From IMG/VR virus record IMGVR_UViG_3300037424_001953, positions 1 to 26,620 of that record: DNA of 26,620 nucleotides; one strand, given 5' to 3'. The stretch's first letter is position 1; every line of letters begins with the position of its first letter. This document shows positions 1-7,036 of the stretch, in pieces. Under the pieces are notes generated by a model that had not been told where the DNA came from, did not search any database, and was given only the letters and a program-made list of their open reading frames with translations. The stretch comes from a virus. Its lineage: Duplodnaviria > Caudoviricetes. The translations under genes and the position numbers were made by a program.

Positions 1-419
1 TTATGAATTTCCTTTAGACAATCGTTACAATAGGCCTTTTGTTTGGGACCGAAAGTGGCCAATGTCCCGCACTTTAAACACGGTCTTTTTGGTTGTAATC
101 TTAAAGATTCAAGATATTTGATATATCTATCCGCCCTTACTTTTTTTAAACACTCTCTACAAATTCTTTCACTCTTTTTTAGTATAGTTCCACATTTTAT
201 ACAAAACCTTATCTTCTTTTTTTCTTTGCAAACAGGACAAGTTAACTCTGCTCTTCTAAGATTAGGAAATTCTTTACCACACTCTTTACATTTTGTTGTG
301 GTTTTATAATTAAAAATTAAATAAAACGAACAGGTTTTTAATAACTTATTTATATCGGTATATTTAAAGCCCTTTTTTCGTAATTCTAAAGCTTTTTGTC
401 TTTTTTCCAATAAGTTCAT
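1..419 (-). CDS. HTH plus multiple CxxC zinc-ribbon protein, runs off the left edge (possibly the N-terminal part of an HNH-type nuclease)
   Basis: Not in the ORF track. Manual translation from ATG at 419 is stop-free to the edge: MNLLEKRQKALELRKKGFKYTDINKLL...CKECGKEF...CPVC...CIKC...CREC...CLKC...CNDC. TATAAT/TATACT lie just upstream. Confidence 0.75.
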   Translation of the reverse strand, partial: MNLLEKRQKALELRKKGFKYTDINKLLKTCSFYLIFNYKTTTKCKECGKEFPNLRRAELTCPVCKEKKKIRFCIKCGTILKKSERICRECLKKVRADRYIKYLESLRLQPKRPCLKCGTLATFGPKQKAYCNDCLKEIH

Positions 420-473
420 ATAACAAGTATATTATATGATAAAACAAAAAACAATACAGGAAGGGGAAAACTC

Positions 474-502
474 TTGCATTTTTCTATTGACAGGTATATA
501 CT
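474..502 (+). promoter_or_regulatory. sigma70-type promoter candidate
   Basis: TTGCAT (474-479), 17 bp, TATACT (497-502). Confidence 0.45.
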
Positions 503-559
503 TTCTGTTGTCCAACACCTTTTAGAGATGTTTAAAGGACTAACTATATAGAAAAAAAG

Positions 560-586
560 AGAAAGCCCCATTGCTGGGGTTTTTCT
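560..586. terminator. Bidirectional intrinsic terminator candidate
   Basis: AAAGCCCCA-TTGC-TGGGGTTTT hairpin with A-rich left and T-rich right flanks. Confidence 0.6.
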
Positions 587-621
587 CTTGTGTCTATGGC
601 ACGACTTTATTATATCATACA

Positions 622-708
622 AAATAACTCCCGCAACAGCTAAAGATAGAACCAGTGGTATCGGGTGCACCCGCACCAATTCGTCTTTGTTGTTTTTGGG
701 AGTTATTT
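622..708. other. Long imperfect hairpin (possible ncRNA or ssDNA structure)
   Basis: Nested pairings AAATAACTCCC/GGGAGTTATTT, AACAGC/GTTGTT, AAAGAT/GTCTTT, TGGT/ACCA and CGGG/CCCG around a TGCA loop. Confidence 0.5.
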
Positions 709-813
709 CTTGGAAGGGAAAAGTATAGCTCTAAATATAAAAAACATTTGTCTATCTATTTCCCACCTTAATCTTAACATATTGCAAGTTCCTTTAGAAG
801 TATTTGTCAATAC

Positions 814-846
814 AAAAAAGGGGAGTGTCCGTGCCTACACTCCCCT
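814..846 (-). terminator. Intrinsic terminator for the leftward 871-1253 genes
   Basis: AGGGGAGTGT / ACACTCCCCT stem followed by a T-run on the minus strand. Confidence 0.7.
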
Positions 847-870
847 ATGCCGTCTCTCTTCTTTGCCAAC

Positions 871-1023
871 TCATTGGGCTTCTTTGGAGACTAGCGAGTT
901 TTTGCGTGGTCTCTTGCCGAGATGCGGGCAGTCCTTGACCGAGCAATACCTTCGGAGTTTTCCGATGTTCGCTGATTTCTTTCCAAGTCGGCAGAACCAA
1001 TAGAACTGGGTATTTAACCTCAC
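871..1023 (-). CDS. Small basic Cys-containing hypothetical protein (50 aa)
   Basis: GTG start overlaps the stop of the 1020-1253 gene (GTGA). MRLNTQFYWFCRLGKK...YCSVKDCPHLGKRPRK... ends just before the terminator. Confidence 0.45.
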   Translation of the reverse strand: MRLNTQFYWFCRLGKKSANIGKLRRYCSVKDCPHLGKRPRKNSLVSKEAQ

Positions 1024-1253
1024 ATCACCCTCCTTGAACCCTCAATGAAGGTGAAGTCCATCTGGTGTCTGCGAGCTACCAAGAGGATTGACTGCTGTTC
1101 CCATGTTATCTCACGGGTGAGAGGCAGTCCACAGGTTAGACAGTGGGCAGAAATCATCAATCCCGCCTCACCGTTCACGGCAACGGTATCAAGTGTCGGT
1201 TGTTTTCCGCACTTAGGACAGAGCAGAGGAACATCAAACCATTCAGTAGGCAT
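1020..1253 (-). CDS. Zinc-ribbon protein (77 aa)
   Basis: CPKC...CLTC pairs; TATAAT and GGGGTG upstream. Confidence 0.65.
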   Translation of the reverse strand: MPTEWFDVPLLCPKCGKQPTLDTVAVNGEAGLMISAHCLTCGLPLTREITWEQQSILLVARRHQMDFTFIEGSRRVM

Positions 1254-1330
1254 AAGAACACCCCTACTTAATTATACAATAGAAAACCTCCAGCCGATTA
1301 AACTGGAGATTTCTGCCACTGACTATTCCC

Positions 1331-1357
1331 TAAATACCAGATATGCGAGAGACTGAC
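1331..1357. repeat. 27-bp exact direct repeat, copy 1
   Basis: TAAATACCAGATATGCGAGAGACTGAC, identical to 1566-1592. Confidence 0.95.
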
Positions 1358-1527
1358 TATTTGGAATATTTTACTTTAACAAAATTGACTAGCAAAACTA
1401 GAAGACCGCCCATTGTCAAGTTCTGCCATTCTGCTGGCATGATAGTAAAAACAACAGGAGCACCGACTAAGACCACGCTAACAACCGCTTTCCAGACACC
1501 TTTCCAAAAGCTATAATTCTTTTCCAT
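1357..1527 (-). CDS. Small two-TM membrane protein, holin-like (56 aa)
   Basis: Below the ORF-track cutoff. MEKNYSFWKGVWKAVVSVVLVGAPVVFTIMPAEWQNLTMGGLLVLLVNFVKVKYSK has two hydrophobic segments and a basic tail; TGtTATAAT upstream. Holin function is inference. Confidence 0.65.
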   Translation of the reverse strand: MEKNYSFWKGVWKAVVSVVLVGAPVVFTIMPAEWQNLTMGGLLVLLVNFVKVKYSK

Positions 1528-1565
1528 AATAAATAGTTACTACTAATTCCTCAATTATAACACAA

Positions 1566-1592
1566 TAAATACCAGATATGCGAGAGACTGAC
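1566..1592. repeat. 27-bp exact direct repeat, copy 2
   Basis: Identical to 1331-1357. Confidence 0.95.
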
Positions 1593-1701
1593 CGATATTG
1601 TACAAATCTGCTTGACTCAATTCCCTCGTATTCCTTCGTTATTGCCACTTGTTTGCCTTGCTACGCTGTCTTTGTGTTTGTTTTGATAAATAGTATATAA
1701 C

Positions 1702-1766
1702 AAAAAACCGTCAACCCGCTCACGTTCTCCAGTCTTACGACTGATTACTTGTAAATGTTGACGGCT
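1702..1766 (-). terminator. Branched stem-loop / terminator-like structure
   Basis: CCGTCAAC (1708-1715) pairs with GTTGACGG (1757-1764). Inner CAGTC-GTAA-GACTG hairpin on the minus strand, followed by a U-run. Confidence 0.5.
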
Positions 1767-1782
1767 ATTTGCTTTTTGGCTT

Positions 1783-2070
1783 TTATACTCCCTTTGGCCA
1801 GTCTTTAAATTGACGGCTTCGTGGTAGCATTTCGCCTTTTTGCTTCTTGCCTTTTATGTTATCAAGTACAATTATTTCGTGATTGCTATATTTTAGCAAT
1901 TCCGCATATAATCCACCTTGATTGTCATTTTTTGATATTGATAAGCGGTATAAATTTGCCCGTGTTGGTATCCCTTCCCATTTCTCCGCTTGTATTTCAA
2001 TAGTCAAAAATTCATTTCCCCCCTGTCCTTTTGTAGCTCTCTCGCTTGTTGTTGTGGCGTATAGTTTCAT
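1783..2070 (-). CDS. Hypothetical phage protein (likely start MKLYATTTSER, 95 aa)
   Basis: ORF track 1783-2172; ATG at 2070 directly follows the stop of the upstream gene (2072). Confidence 0.7.
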   Translation of the reverse strand: MKLYATTTSERATKGQGGNEFLTIEIQAEKWEGIPTRANLYRLSISKNDNQGGLYAELLKYSNHEIIVLDNIKGKKQKGEMLPRSRQFKDWPKGV

Positions 2071-2071
2071 A

Positions 2072-2341
2072 TTAATAGTTTTTACCCTGATAACTTTCAA
2101 TGTCCAGCAAGTCTTTGCAGTCTTTCCATTTATACTCAACCCCTGAACCTTTACCAGCATATAAACTTTCAATGTTAAAACCTTTAGCCTTCATTGTCCT
2201 TACCATCCTATCATCGCCCCCAAAAGTTTCCTTGTATAATCTAGCCCCTGTTTTATCTATAACTAGATGTATATGGAAACTCCAATTAGCATTAGAAGGG
2301 TGATAAAATCCCATATCCCTTATTACTTCTATTTTTTCCAT
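2072..2341 (-). CDS. Hypothetical phage protein (89 aa)
   Basis: Open frame with normal composition, colinear with its neighbours. Confidence 0.75.
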   Translation of the reverse strand: MEKIEVIRDMGFYHPSNANWSFHIHLVIDKTGARLYKETFGGDDRMVRTMKAKGFNIESLYAGKGSGVEYKWKDCKDLLDIESYQGKNY

Positions 2342-2420
2342 ATGTTTTATGTCAAAGAACGTGAACGGGGGTTAAAATAACCCATAAACTAGCCCAGAAT
2401 TGAGCTAGTCTAGCGATATT

Positions 2421-2918
2421 TTAAGCTACTGGCTTATAAAAGGCATTTTCTAAATCGTGTATATACCAACCTCTTGACCTCTTACCTTTTGCAACGATAA
2501 AGGGATAGCCATCTCCGCTTGTTATAATCTTGCAAGTTTGTGCTATTTTATTAGCCATCCAATCATTGGTGTATTTTGCCACTAACTCTATTTTGCCCCT
2601 ATATTCCACATCTCTTGTTAATTCTAAATATCCATCAGATAACATTTTTGTCTTTATTTCTTGTTTTATTTCCTCGCCTAAATCCTTTTGTGCTAGATAT
2701 ACTTCTGTATCTAAATAATCGTGTAAATTTTCGTCTATTTTCTCAGTTTCAAGTATAAATCTGGCCACATCCGCATTATAAGGATACTTGCCCGTCTTTT
2801 TATATTCTTTCAAATACTCTAAAACTTTAGGCATACTCTTTTTATGGTAGCCCTCGTGTTTTTTTGATAACTCGTCATATTCGGCTTTTGCTTTTAATAA
2901 TTTTTCATTAAAAAACAT
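2421..2918 (-). CDS. Hypothetical phage protein (165 aa)
   Basis: Long ORF with typical K/E-rich composition; hairpin ACTAGCCCA-GAAT-TGAGCTAGT downstream. Confidence 0.8.
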   Translation of the reverse strand: MFFNEKLLKAKAEYDELSKKHEGYHKKSMPKVLEYLKEYKKTGKYPYNADVARFILETEKIDENLHDYLDTEVYLAQKDLGEEIKQEIKTKMLSDGYLELTRDVEYRGKIELVAKYTNDWMANKIAQTCKIITSGDGYPFIVAKGKRSRGWYIHDLENAFYKPVA

Positions 2919-2924
2919 ATATTT

Positions 2925-3044
2925 TTAATAAATCCTAGCTAATAATAAATAGAAGTAGATGACCGTTATCACCATAACTAACGGCAATAACCACACTTCA
3001 CGCCTTGCTTCATTTCTCTTTTCCTTTCCCCATTTTGATAACAT
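2925..3044 (-). CDS. Small single-TM protein (39 aa)
   Basis: MLSKWGKEKRNEARREVWLLPLVMVITVIYFYLLLARIY; fills the gap between flanking genes. Confidence 0.55.
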   Translation of the reverse strand: MLSKWGKEKRNEARREVWLLPLVMVITVIYFYLLLARIY

Positions 3045-3045
3045 A

Positions 3046-3225
3046 TTATTTATTTAAAACATCCAGTAATCTATCAAATAACTTGTCGGCTCTTTTTAAT
3101 GTAAAGCCGTTTGACTCTTTGAAATCATTTGGCTCTGCATCTAAAATTGTATCAATTATCCAGCGTCTATTTAACATTGTATAGAGTTGTATTTTCTCTA
3201 ACTTAGTCAATGACTTTATTTTCAT
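3046..3225 (-). CDS. Hypothetical protein (likely start MKIKSLTK, 59 aa)
   Basis: ORF track 3046-3309; the internal ATG at 3225 is the more plausible start. Confidence 0.6.
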   Translation of the reverse strand: MKIKSLTKLEKIQLYTMLNRRWIIDTILDAEPNDFKESNGFTLKRADKLFDRLLDVLNK

Positions 3226-3371
3226 ATTATTTATATTATTGATAAATGTAGAGTATAAATAACTGCCTTGCCGTTGCGTCTTTCTCCTGTTTGTGCTAGT
3301 ATATAGCAAGTTATAAAATGATCGTTGTCCTTGACCTGACTAACAAGGTAGTTATATATACTCTATACATA

Positions 3372-3437
3372 AGTATATACCAGTATATATATAATGCAAT
3401 AGAGTATTCATTATCTTTTAATCAAATATGTGGATAA
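3372..3437 (-). promoter_or_regulatory. Leftward promoter with upstream perfect DnaA box
   Basis: Minus strand: TTATCCACA (3437-3429), TTGCAT (3399-3394), 16 bp, TATACT (3377-3372). Lies at the divergence point of the two gene blocks. Confidence 0.5.
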
Positions 3438-3503
3438 CTTTATAGCTTTATAATATACCATATAATACACCAATAATGGACAAATAATATAAGTCATTGT
3501 ATT

Positions 3504-3704
3504 ATGATAACAGCAATAATAACATTTTTGGCAGGAATATTTATAGGAAGGTATTTTATGGTAGTAAAAAACCACGCTCAGATACTCAATGATATTGAAA
3601 GAGTTAATAGAATACTTGACATTAAGAATAATGTTAGTATAATAAGTCCATCTAAACTAAATGAACAGCGAAACATTGAAAAAAATCTCACTGAGCAAGG
3701 ATAA
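3504..3704 (+). CDS. Small protein with N-terminal TM helix (66 aa)
   Basis: MITAIITFLAGIFIGRYF hydrophobic N-terminus. Confidence 0.6.
   Translation: MITAIITFLAGIFIGRYFMVVKNHAQILNDIERVNRILDIKNNVSIISPSKLNEQRNIEKNLTEQG
3616..3643 (+). promoter_or_regulatory. Consensus sigma70 promoter upstream of terS
   Basis: TTGACA (3616-3621), 16 bp, TATAAT (3638-3643). Confidence 0.65.
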
Positions 3705-4062
3705 TAACCTAACATTGCCACAAAAGAAATTTGTCGTTGGCGTTGTTAATGGTTTAAACCCTACTCAATCAGCTAGACAAGCCTACCCAACCCAAACAGA
3801 TGCTTCGGCAAGAGTTACGGCAACAGAGAATATGAAGAAGAAGAAGGTTAGAAACGCTATTGAAAGAGCCTTAATTAAAAGTAATCTATCGGAGCAGAGA
3901 ATCACTGATATCATATCAGATGCAATGGAAACAGAGACACCACACACCATAGATTGGTCAGTTAAACACTCTTACATCACTACTGCTTTACGCTTGAAAG
4001 GTTATCTCAATAACAACAATCAGCCCAACACACAGGTTAATGTCCAACTCAACTTAGAATAA
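3661..4062 (+). CDS. terS: Terminase small subunit
   Basis: LTLPQKKFV...NPTQSARQAY...ARVTATENMKKKKVRNAI matches the TerS N-terminal HTH pattern; located upstream of TerL. Confidence 0.8.
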   Translation: MNSETLKKISLSKDNNLTLPQKKFVVGVVNGLNPTQSARQAYPTQTDASARVTATENMKKKKVRNAIERALIKSNLSEQRITDIISDAMETETPHTIDWSVKHSYITTALRLKGYLNNNNQPNTQVNVQLNLE

Positions 4063-4079
4063 TATCACACTCTTGACGG

Positions 4080-4113
4080 ATAAGGGGTGGGGGTGGTGTA
4101 ATAAGGGGTGGGG
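4080..4113 (+). repeat. G-rich tandem repeat (ATAAGGGGTGGGG x2)
   Basis: Copies at 4080-4092 and 4101-4113; four runs of at least 4 G. Confidence 0.8.
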
Positions 4114-4397
4114 TGTTGATAAAGAATTACTCCTTTCTTCTCATAATAATTCTTATTTCTATACTATGTATATGATAATGAAGTGTATATAAAGTCAAGT
4201 AGTTTGTGGTAGGGGTTTAAAAAGGAAAGAGGGAAGACACGTATTGTTGTGTCGGTGTGAAAGGAAAAAGTGTTTACTACGTTGAGGTAGTCATCCCGCC
4301 TTGTTAGACGCACTATAATTATAATTTATGATACAATATCTTTGCAAGTTTAAACATACTTGCAATACATTTTAATACTAATGTAAAATATATAAAT

Positions 4398-4643
4398 ATG
4401 GAATATGGTGTAAATGAACTATTAAAAAGTCCTTCTGGCAGAGCCCATTTGGCGGAACTGCAAAAAAGGCATTGGAAAGACATCTTACAGCCTGGGGATA
4501 AACTGTTTACAAGAGTTTATGGAGATAAGATTAAGAAGGATAAAGAGCAGATGGAGAAGAATAAGAGGGTGGGTGAGGATATGTATGCTGAGCAGAAAGA
4601 GAAAAAAGAGTGGGAACAAAAAAATAAATGGAGAACGAGATAA
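4398..4643 (+). CDS. Hypothetical protein (81 aa)
   Basis: ORF overlaps the TerL start; TTGCAA-18-TAAAAT lies just upstream. Confidence 0.7.
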   Translation: MEYGVNELLKSPSGRAHLAELQKRHWKDILQPGDKLFTRVYGDKIKKDKEQMEKNKRVGEDMYAEQKEKKEWEQKNKWRTR

Positions 4644-7003
4644 AACCTAAAAAAGTCGTCTTTCGAAATTCTGATACTCAGGAAGTTTTGAATGAATGGG
4701 AACTTAATCCTTCCCAGCTTAAGTTTTGGACTTCCAAAAAGAAATATGTCCTCTTTTCAGGAGGTTATGGTTGTATTGCTGGAAATACCAAGATACTCAA
4801 TGCTGATACTATGAGAGAAGAGGAAATTCGTTATATTGATTACCCTTTTAGGGTTTTTTCCCATAATGGCAAGAAAGCTCAGGCTCTAACTCCAGTTAAA
4901 TATCCGCCCAAACCTTTGTTTAAAGTAAAAACTAATTTATATGAATTTATAGGGACAAAAGACCATCAAGTTCTTACTGTGAAAGGGTGGAGGACTGTCG
5001 GTGAACTCTCGGTAGGCGAACTGCTCTATGTAACACCTCCTTCCCTTCCTCACTCCACTTCGGAATCCTTCCTTTCAGTTCTTTTTTCAAATGTTCTCCA
5101 TTTGATAAATAAAGTTCAAGATTCTCTATTCTATTGTCGTTTCGTTTTCCGTTTTTATGGTGCACGACTTCTTTTATCTTCAAAAATCTTCCGAGTTTAT
5201 TTTCCATTATCAACCGATGTTCTCTTACATAACCTTGATGGTTGGCAAAAGGGTGTCCGTTCTTCTTCACAAGAATATAACCACTCTTATCAACAATCCG
5301 ACCTCCTTTCCAAAAATGATTCTTTTCCATCTGAGAAGCATCTCCCCGTTTCAAACGAGGCAGATTATAACGAAGAATCAACTTCTGAATATACTTTTGG
5401 GAAAGACCAGTCAAAACTGAGAGTTCTTTGGAACTCCTTTTCCCGTCACATAAAGGATTTAATAAATCCCTATAATCTTTTTTCTTCATATCCATATCCT
5501 ACCATAACTGTAGATGAAATACAATCCATAACCTACTATGGTGTGGATAATTATTATGACCTTCATGTTCTTGGGACACATAGTTATTATGCTCAAGGTT
5601 TTTTCCACCATAATTGTGGTAAATCCTTAATGCTTACCTTAAAAGCTGTTGATATGGCTTTGAGATATCCTAAAAATTACATTTTAATGGGTAGGCGTAC
5701 TTATCCCGAACTGCGAGATACTCTTCTTAAAGAATTCTTCTCCTATGTTCCAGATTTCTTGATAAAGGACTATCAAAAGGCGGAAGGCAGAGTGGTTTTC
5801 CATAATGGGAGTGAGATAATCTTCCGCCATCTTGATACTATTGCCGAATCGGAAATCCGTTCTCTTAACCTCGGTGCTGCCTTTATTGACCAAGGAGAGG
5901 ATATTTCCAAAGATGTCTTCATAGGACTTCGTGGCCGTCTTAGAAGAGAAGGAGTAGCGGATGAAGACCGTAAAATCTGCATTACCTGCAATCCCGCTCT
6001 TACTTGGCTCTATGCAGACTTTAAGCAAAGTCCAGAAATGAATTCAGATGGAACTTGTGATTATGAAGTTATTGAGGCCTCTACTCTGGAGAATGCCTCC
6101 CATCTGCCCCAGTCTTACATTGATGACCTCTTGAAGTATCCCGAATCCTACAAGAAACAATATGTCTATGGTTTATGGGATGAAGATTTATTATCTAATC
6201 GTGCTGTCTTTGCTAGAGAATATTTGGAAAAAATGAGGCAATGGACGATGGAACCGATTAAGTTGCGAGAAGGTTTGGAGGTCTTCGCTGAATACAATCC
6301 ACAGCATAGATACCAAATGGGTATTGATGCTTCCGAGGGAATTTATGAGGTAGGAGTGAAGGATAATAAACAAAAGTCCGACGAATCTGCCTTTACCATT
6401 GTGGATATGACTACCGAAGAAGAAGTTGCCTCTTGGTCTGGGCGTATTCCGCCTGATGCCGCAGCCGAGAAAGCTCTCTCTTACGCTTATTGGTATTCCT
6501 CTCCCAAAAATCCCATTATGTTAGTGCCAGAAATGAATAGTATTGGTCTGGCTCTCTTGAATCGTTTGAATCGTGAAAGTTCAACCCAAATCCGCATTTA
6601 CCGCAGAGAAGAATTTGATAAAAGATTAGGAATAAAAAAGGAAAATGAGGGGTGGAGGACAACTAGACAGACCAAGCCTTTATTAGTTTCCCGCTTTCAG
6701 GAACTCCTTAGGTTAAGAGACCCCAAAGTTCGCTCCAAAAAAACCTACGAACAATTTAAATCCTTCGTTTATACCACTGATGCCAATAAACAGGGTATGG
6801 GAGCGGAACTTGGCTTCCACGATGACCGCCTTATCTCTGCCCTCTTGGGATTCTGGCAGAAAGCTCCAGTCATATCAGGCAAGATACTCGGTTCTTCTGA
6901 AAAAGATGATGGTTCTAGTATGAGAATCAAAAATGGCAAGATAATGATGATACCCCAGTTGCAGATTGAGAGGGAAAAAACTACAAACTGGCAGATTGGT
7001 TGA
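4628..7003 (+). CDS. terL: Terminase large subunit containing an intein (791 aa precursor, about 510 aa spliced)
   Basis: Walker A GGYG|CGKS is split by the intein. Walker B-like AAFIDQGE, TCNP coupling motif, RNase H-like nuclease MGIDASEG...HDDRLIS. Confidence 0.95.
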   Translation: MENEIKPKKVVFRNSDTQEVLNEWELNPSQLKFWTSKKKYVLFSGGYGCIAGNTKILNADTMREEEIRYIDYPFRVFSHNGKKAQALTPVKYPPKPLFKVKTNLYEFIGTKDHQVLTVKGWRTVGELSVGELLYVTPPSLPHSTSESFLSVLFSNVLHLINKVQDSLFYCRFVFRFYGARLLLSSKIFRVYFPLSTDVLLHNLDGWQKGVRSSSQEYNHSYQQSDLLSKNDSFPSEKHLPVSNEADYNEESTSEYTFGKDQSKLRVLWNSFSRHIKDLINPYNLFSSYPYPTITVDEIQSITYYGVDNYYDLHVLGTHSYYAQGFFHHNCGKSLMLTLKAVDMALRYPKNYILMGRRTYPELRDTLLKEFFSYVPDFLIKDYQKAEGRVVFHNGSEIIFRHLDTIAESEIRSLNLGAAFIDQGEDISKDVFIGLRGRLRREGVADEDRKICITCNPALTWLYADFKQSPEMNSDGTCDYEVIEASTLENASHLPQSYIDDLLKYPESYKKQYVYGLWDEDLLSNRAVFAREYLEKMRQWTMEPIKLREGLEVFAEYNPQHRYQMGIDASEGIYEVGVKDNKQKSDESAFTIVDMTTEEEVASWSGRIPPDAAAEKALSYAYWYSSPKNPIMLVPEMNSIGLALLNRLNRESSTQIRIYRREEFDKRLGIKKENEGWRTTRQTKPLLVSRFQELLRLRDPKVRSKKTYEQFKSFVYTTDANKQGMGAELGFHDDRLISALLGFWQKAPVISGKILGSSEKDDGSSMRIKNGKIMMIPQLQIEREKTTNWQIG
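4974..5495 (-). CDS. HNH homing endonuclease (HTH + HNH), encoded antisense inside the intein; probable start at ATG 5489
   Basis: NHFWKGG, GYVREHRLIMENKLGRFL, EVVHHKNGKRNDNRIENLEL are a complete HNH_3-type signature. Confidence 0.92.
   Translation of the reverse strand: MDMKKKDYRDLLNPLCDGKRSSKELSVLTGLSQKYIQKLILRYNLPRLKRGDASQMEKNHFWKGGRIVDKSGYILVKKNGHPFANHQGYVREHRLIMENKLGRFLKIKEVVHHKNGKRNDNRIENLELYLSNGEHLKKELKGRIPKWSEEGKEVLHRAVRLPRVHRQSSTLSQ
5496..5550 (-). promoter_or_regulatory. Promoter for the antisense HNH, embedded in intein coding sequence
   Basis: Minus strand: TTATCCACA (5550-5542), TTGTAT (5524-5519), 17 bp ending in TGg, TAGGAT (5501-5496), then 6 nt to ATG 5489. Confidence 0.55.
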
Positions 7004-7027
7004 CTTGCATTTTTAAAATAGTATAAT
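7000..7027 (+). promoter_or_regulatory. Promoter for the portal gene
   Basis: TTGACT (7000-7005), 16 bp, TATAAT (7022-7027), 9 nt before ATG. Confidence 0.6.
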
Positions 7028-7036
7028 TATAGACTT

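Larger units (their letters stand above)
4772..5614 (+). mobile_element. Intein (281 aa) in the TerL P-loop
   Basis: Block A CIAGNTKIL; block B FIGTKDHQVLT..GW; blocks F/G YYDLHVLGTHSYYAQGFFHHN followed by +1 Cys. Confidence 0.93.

Noticed and set aside
43-309. + strand 88-aa ORF
   Set aside because: Shadow frame of the minus-strand zinc-ribbon gene (1-419); F/L/S-rich with no motifs.
622-708. tRNA or integron attC site
   Set aside because: No cloverleaf or TTC T-loop. The ends AAATAAC/GTTATTT have the AAC/GTT triplets but not the RYYYAAC/GTTRRRY consensus, and no integrase is in the window.
416-1003. ORFs 416-679 (-) and 665-1003 (+)
   Set aside because: They cross terminators, promoters and the long hairpin, have non-ATG starts and show no recognisable motifs.
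1331-1592. CRISPR array
   Set aside because: Only two repeat copies, separated by 208 bp containing a gene; no cas genes.
1715-2369. 14-bp inverted pair AGAACGTGARCGGG (1715-1728 and 2356-2369) as ends of an invertible or mobile segment
   Set aside because: Short with one mismatch; no recombinase or transposase nearby; could be chance.
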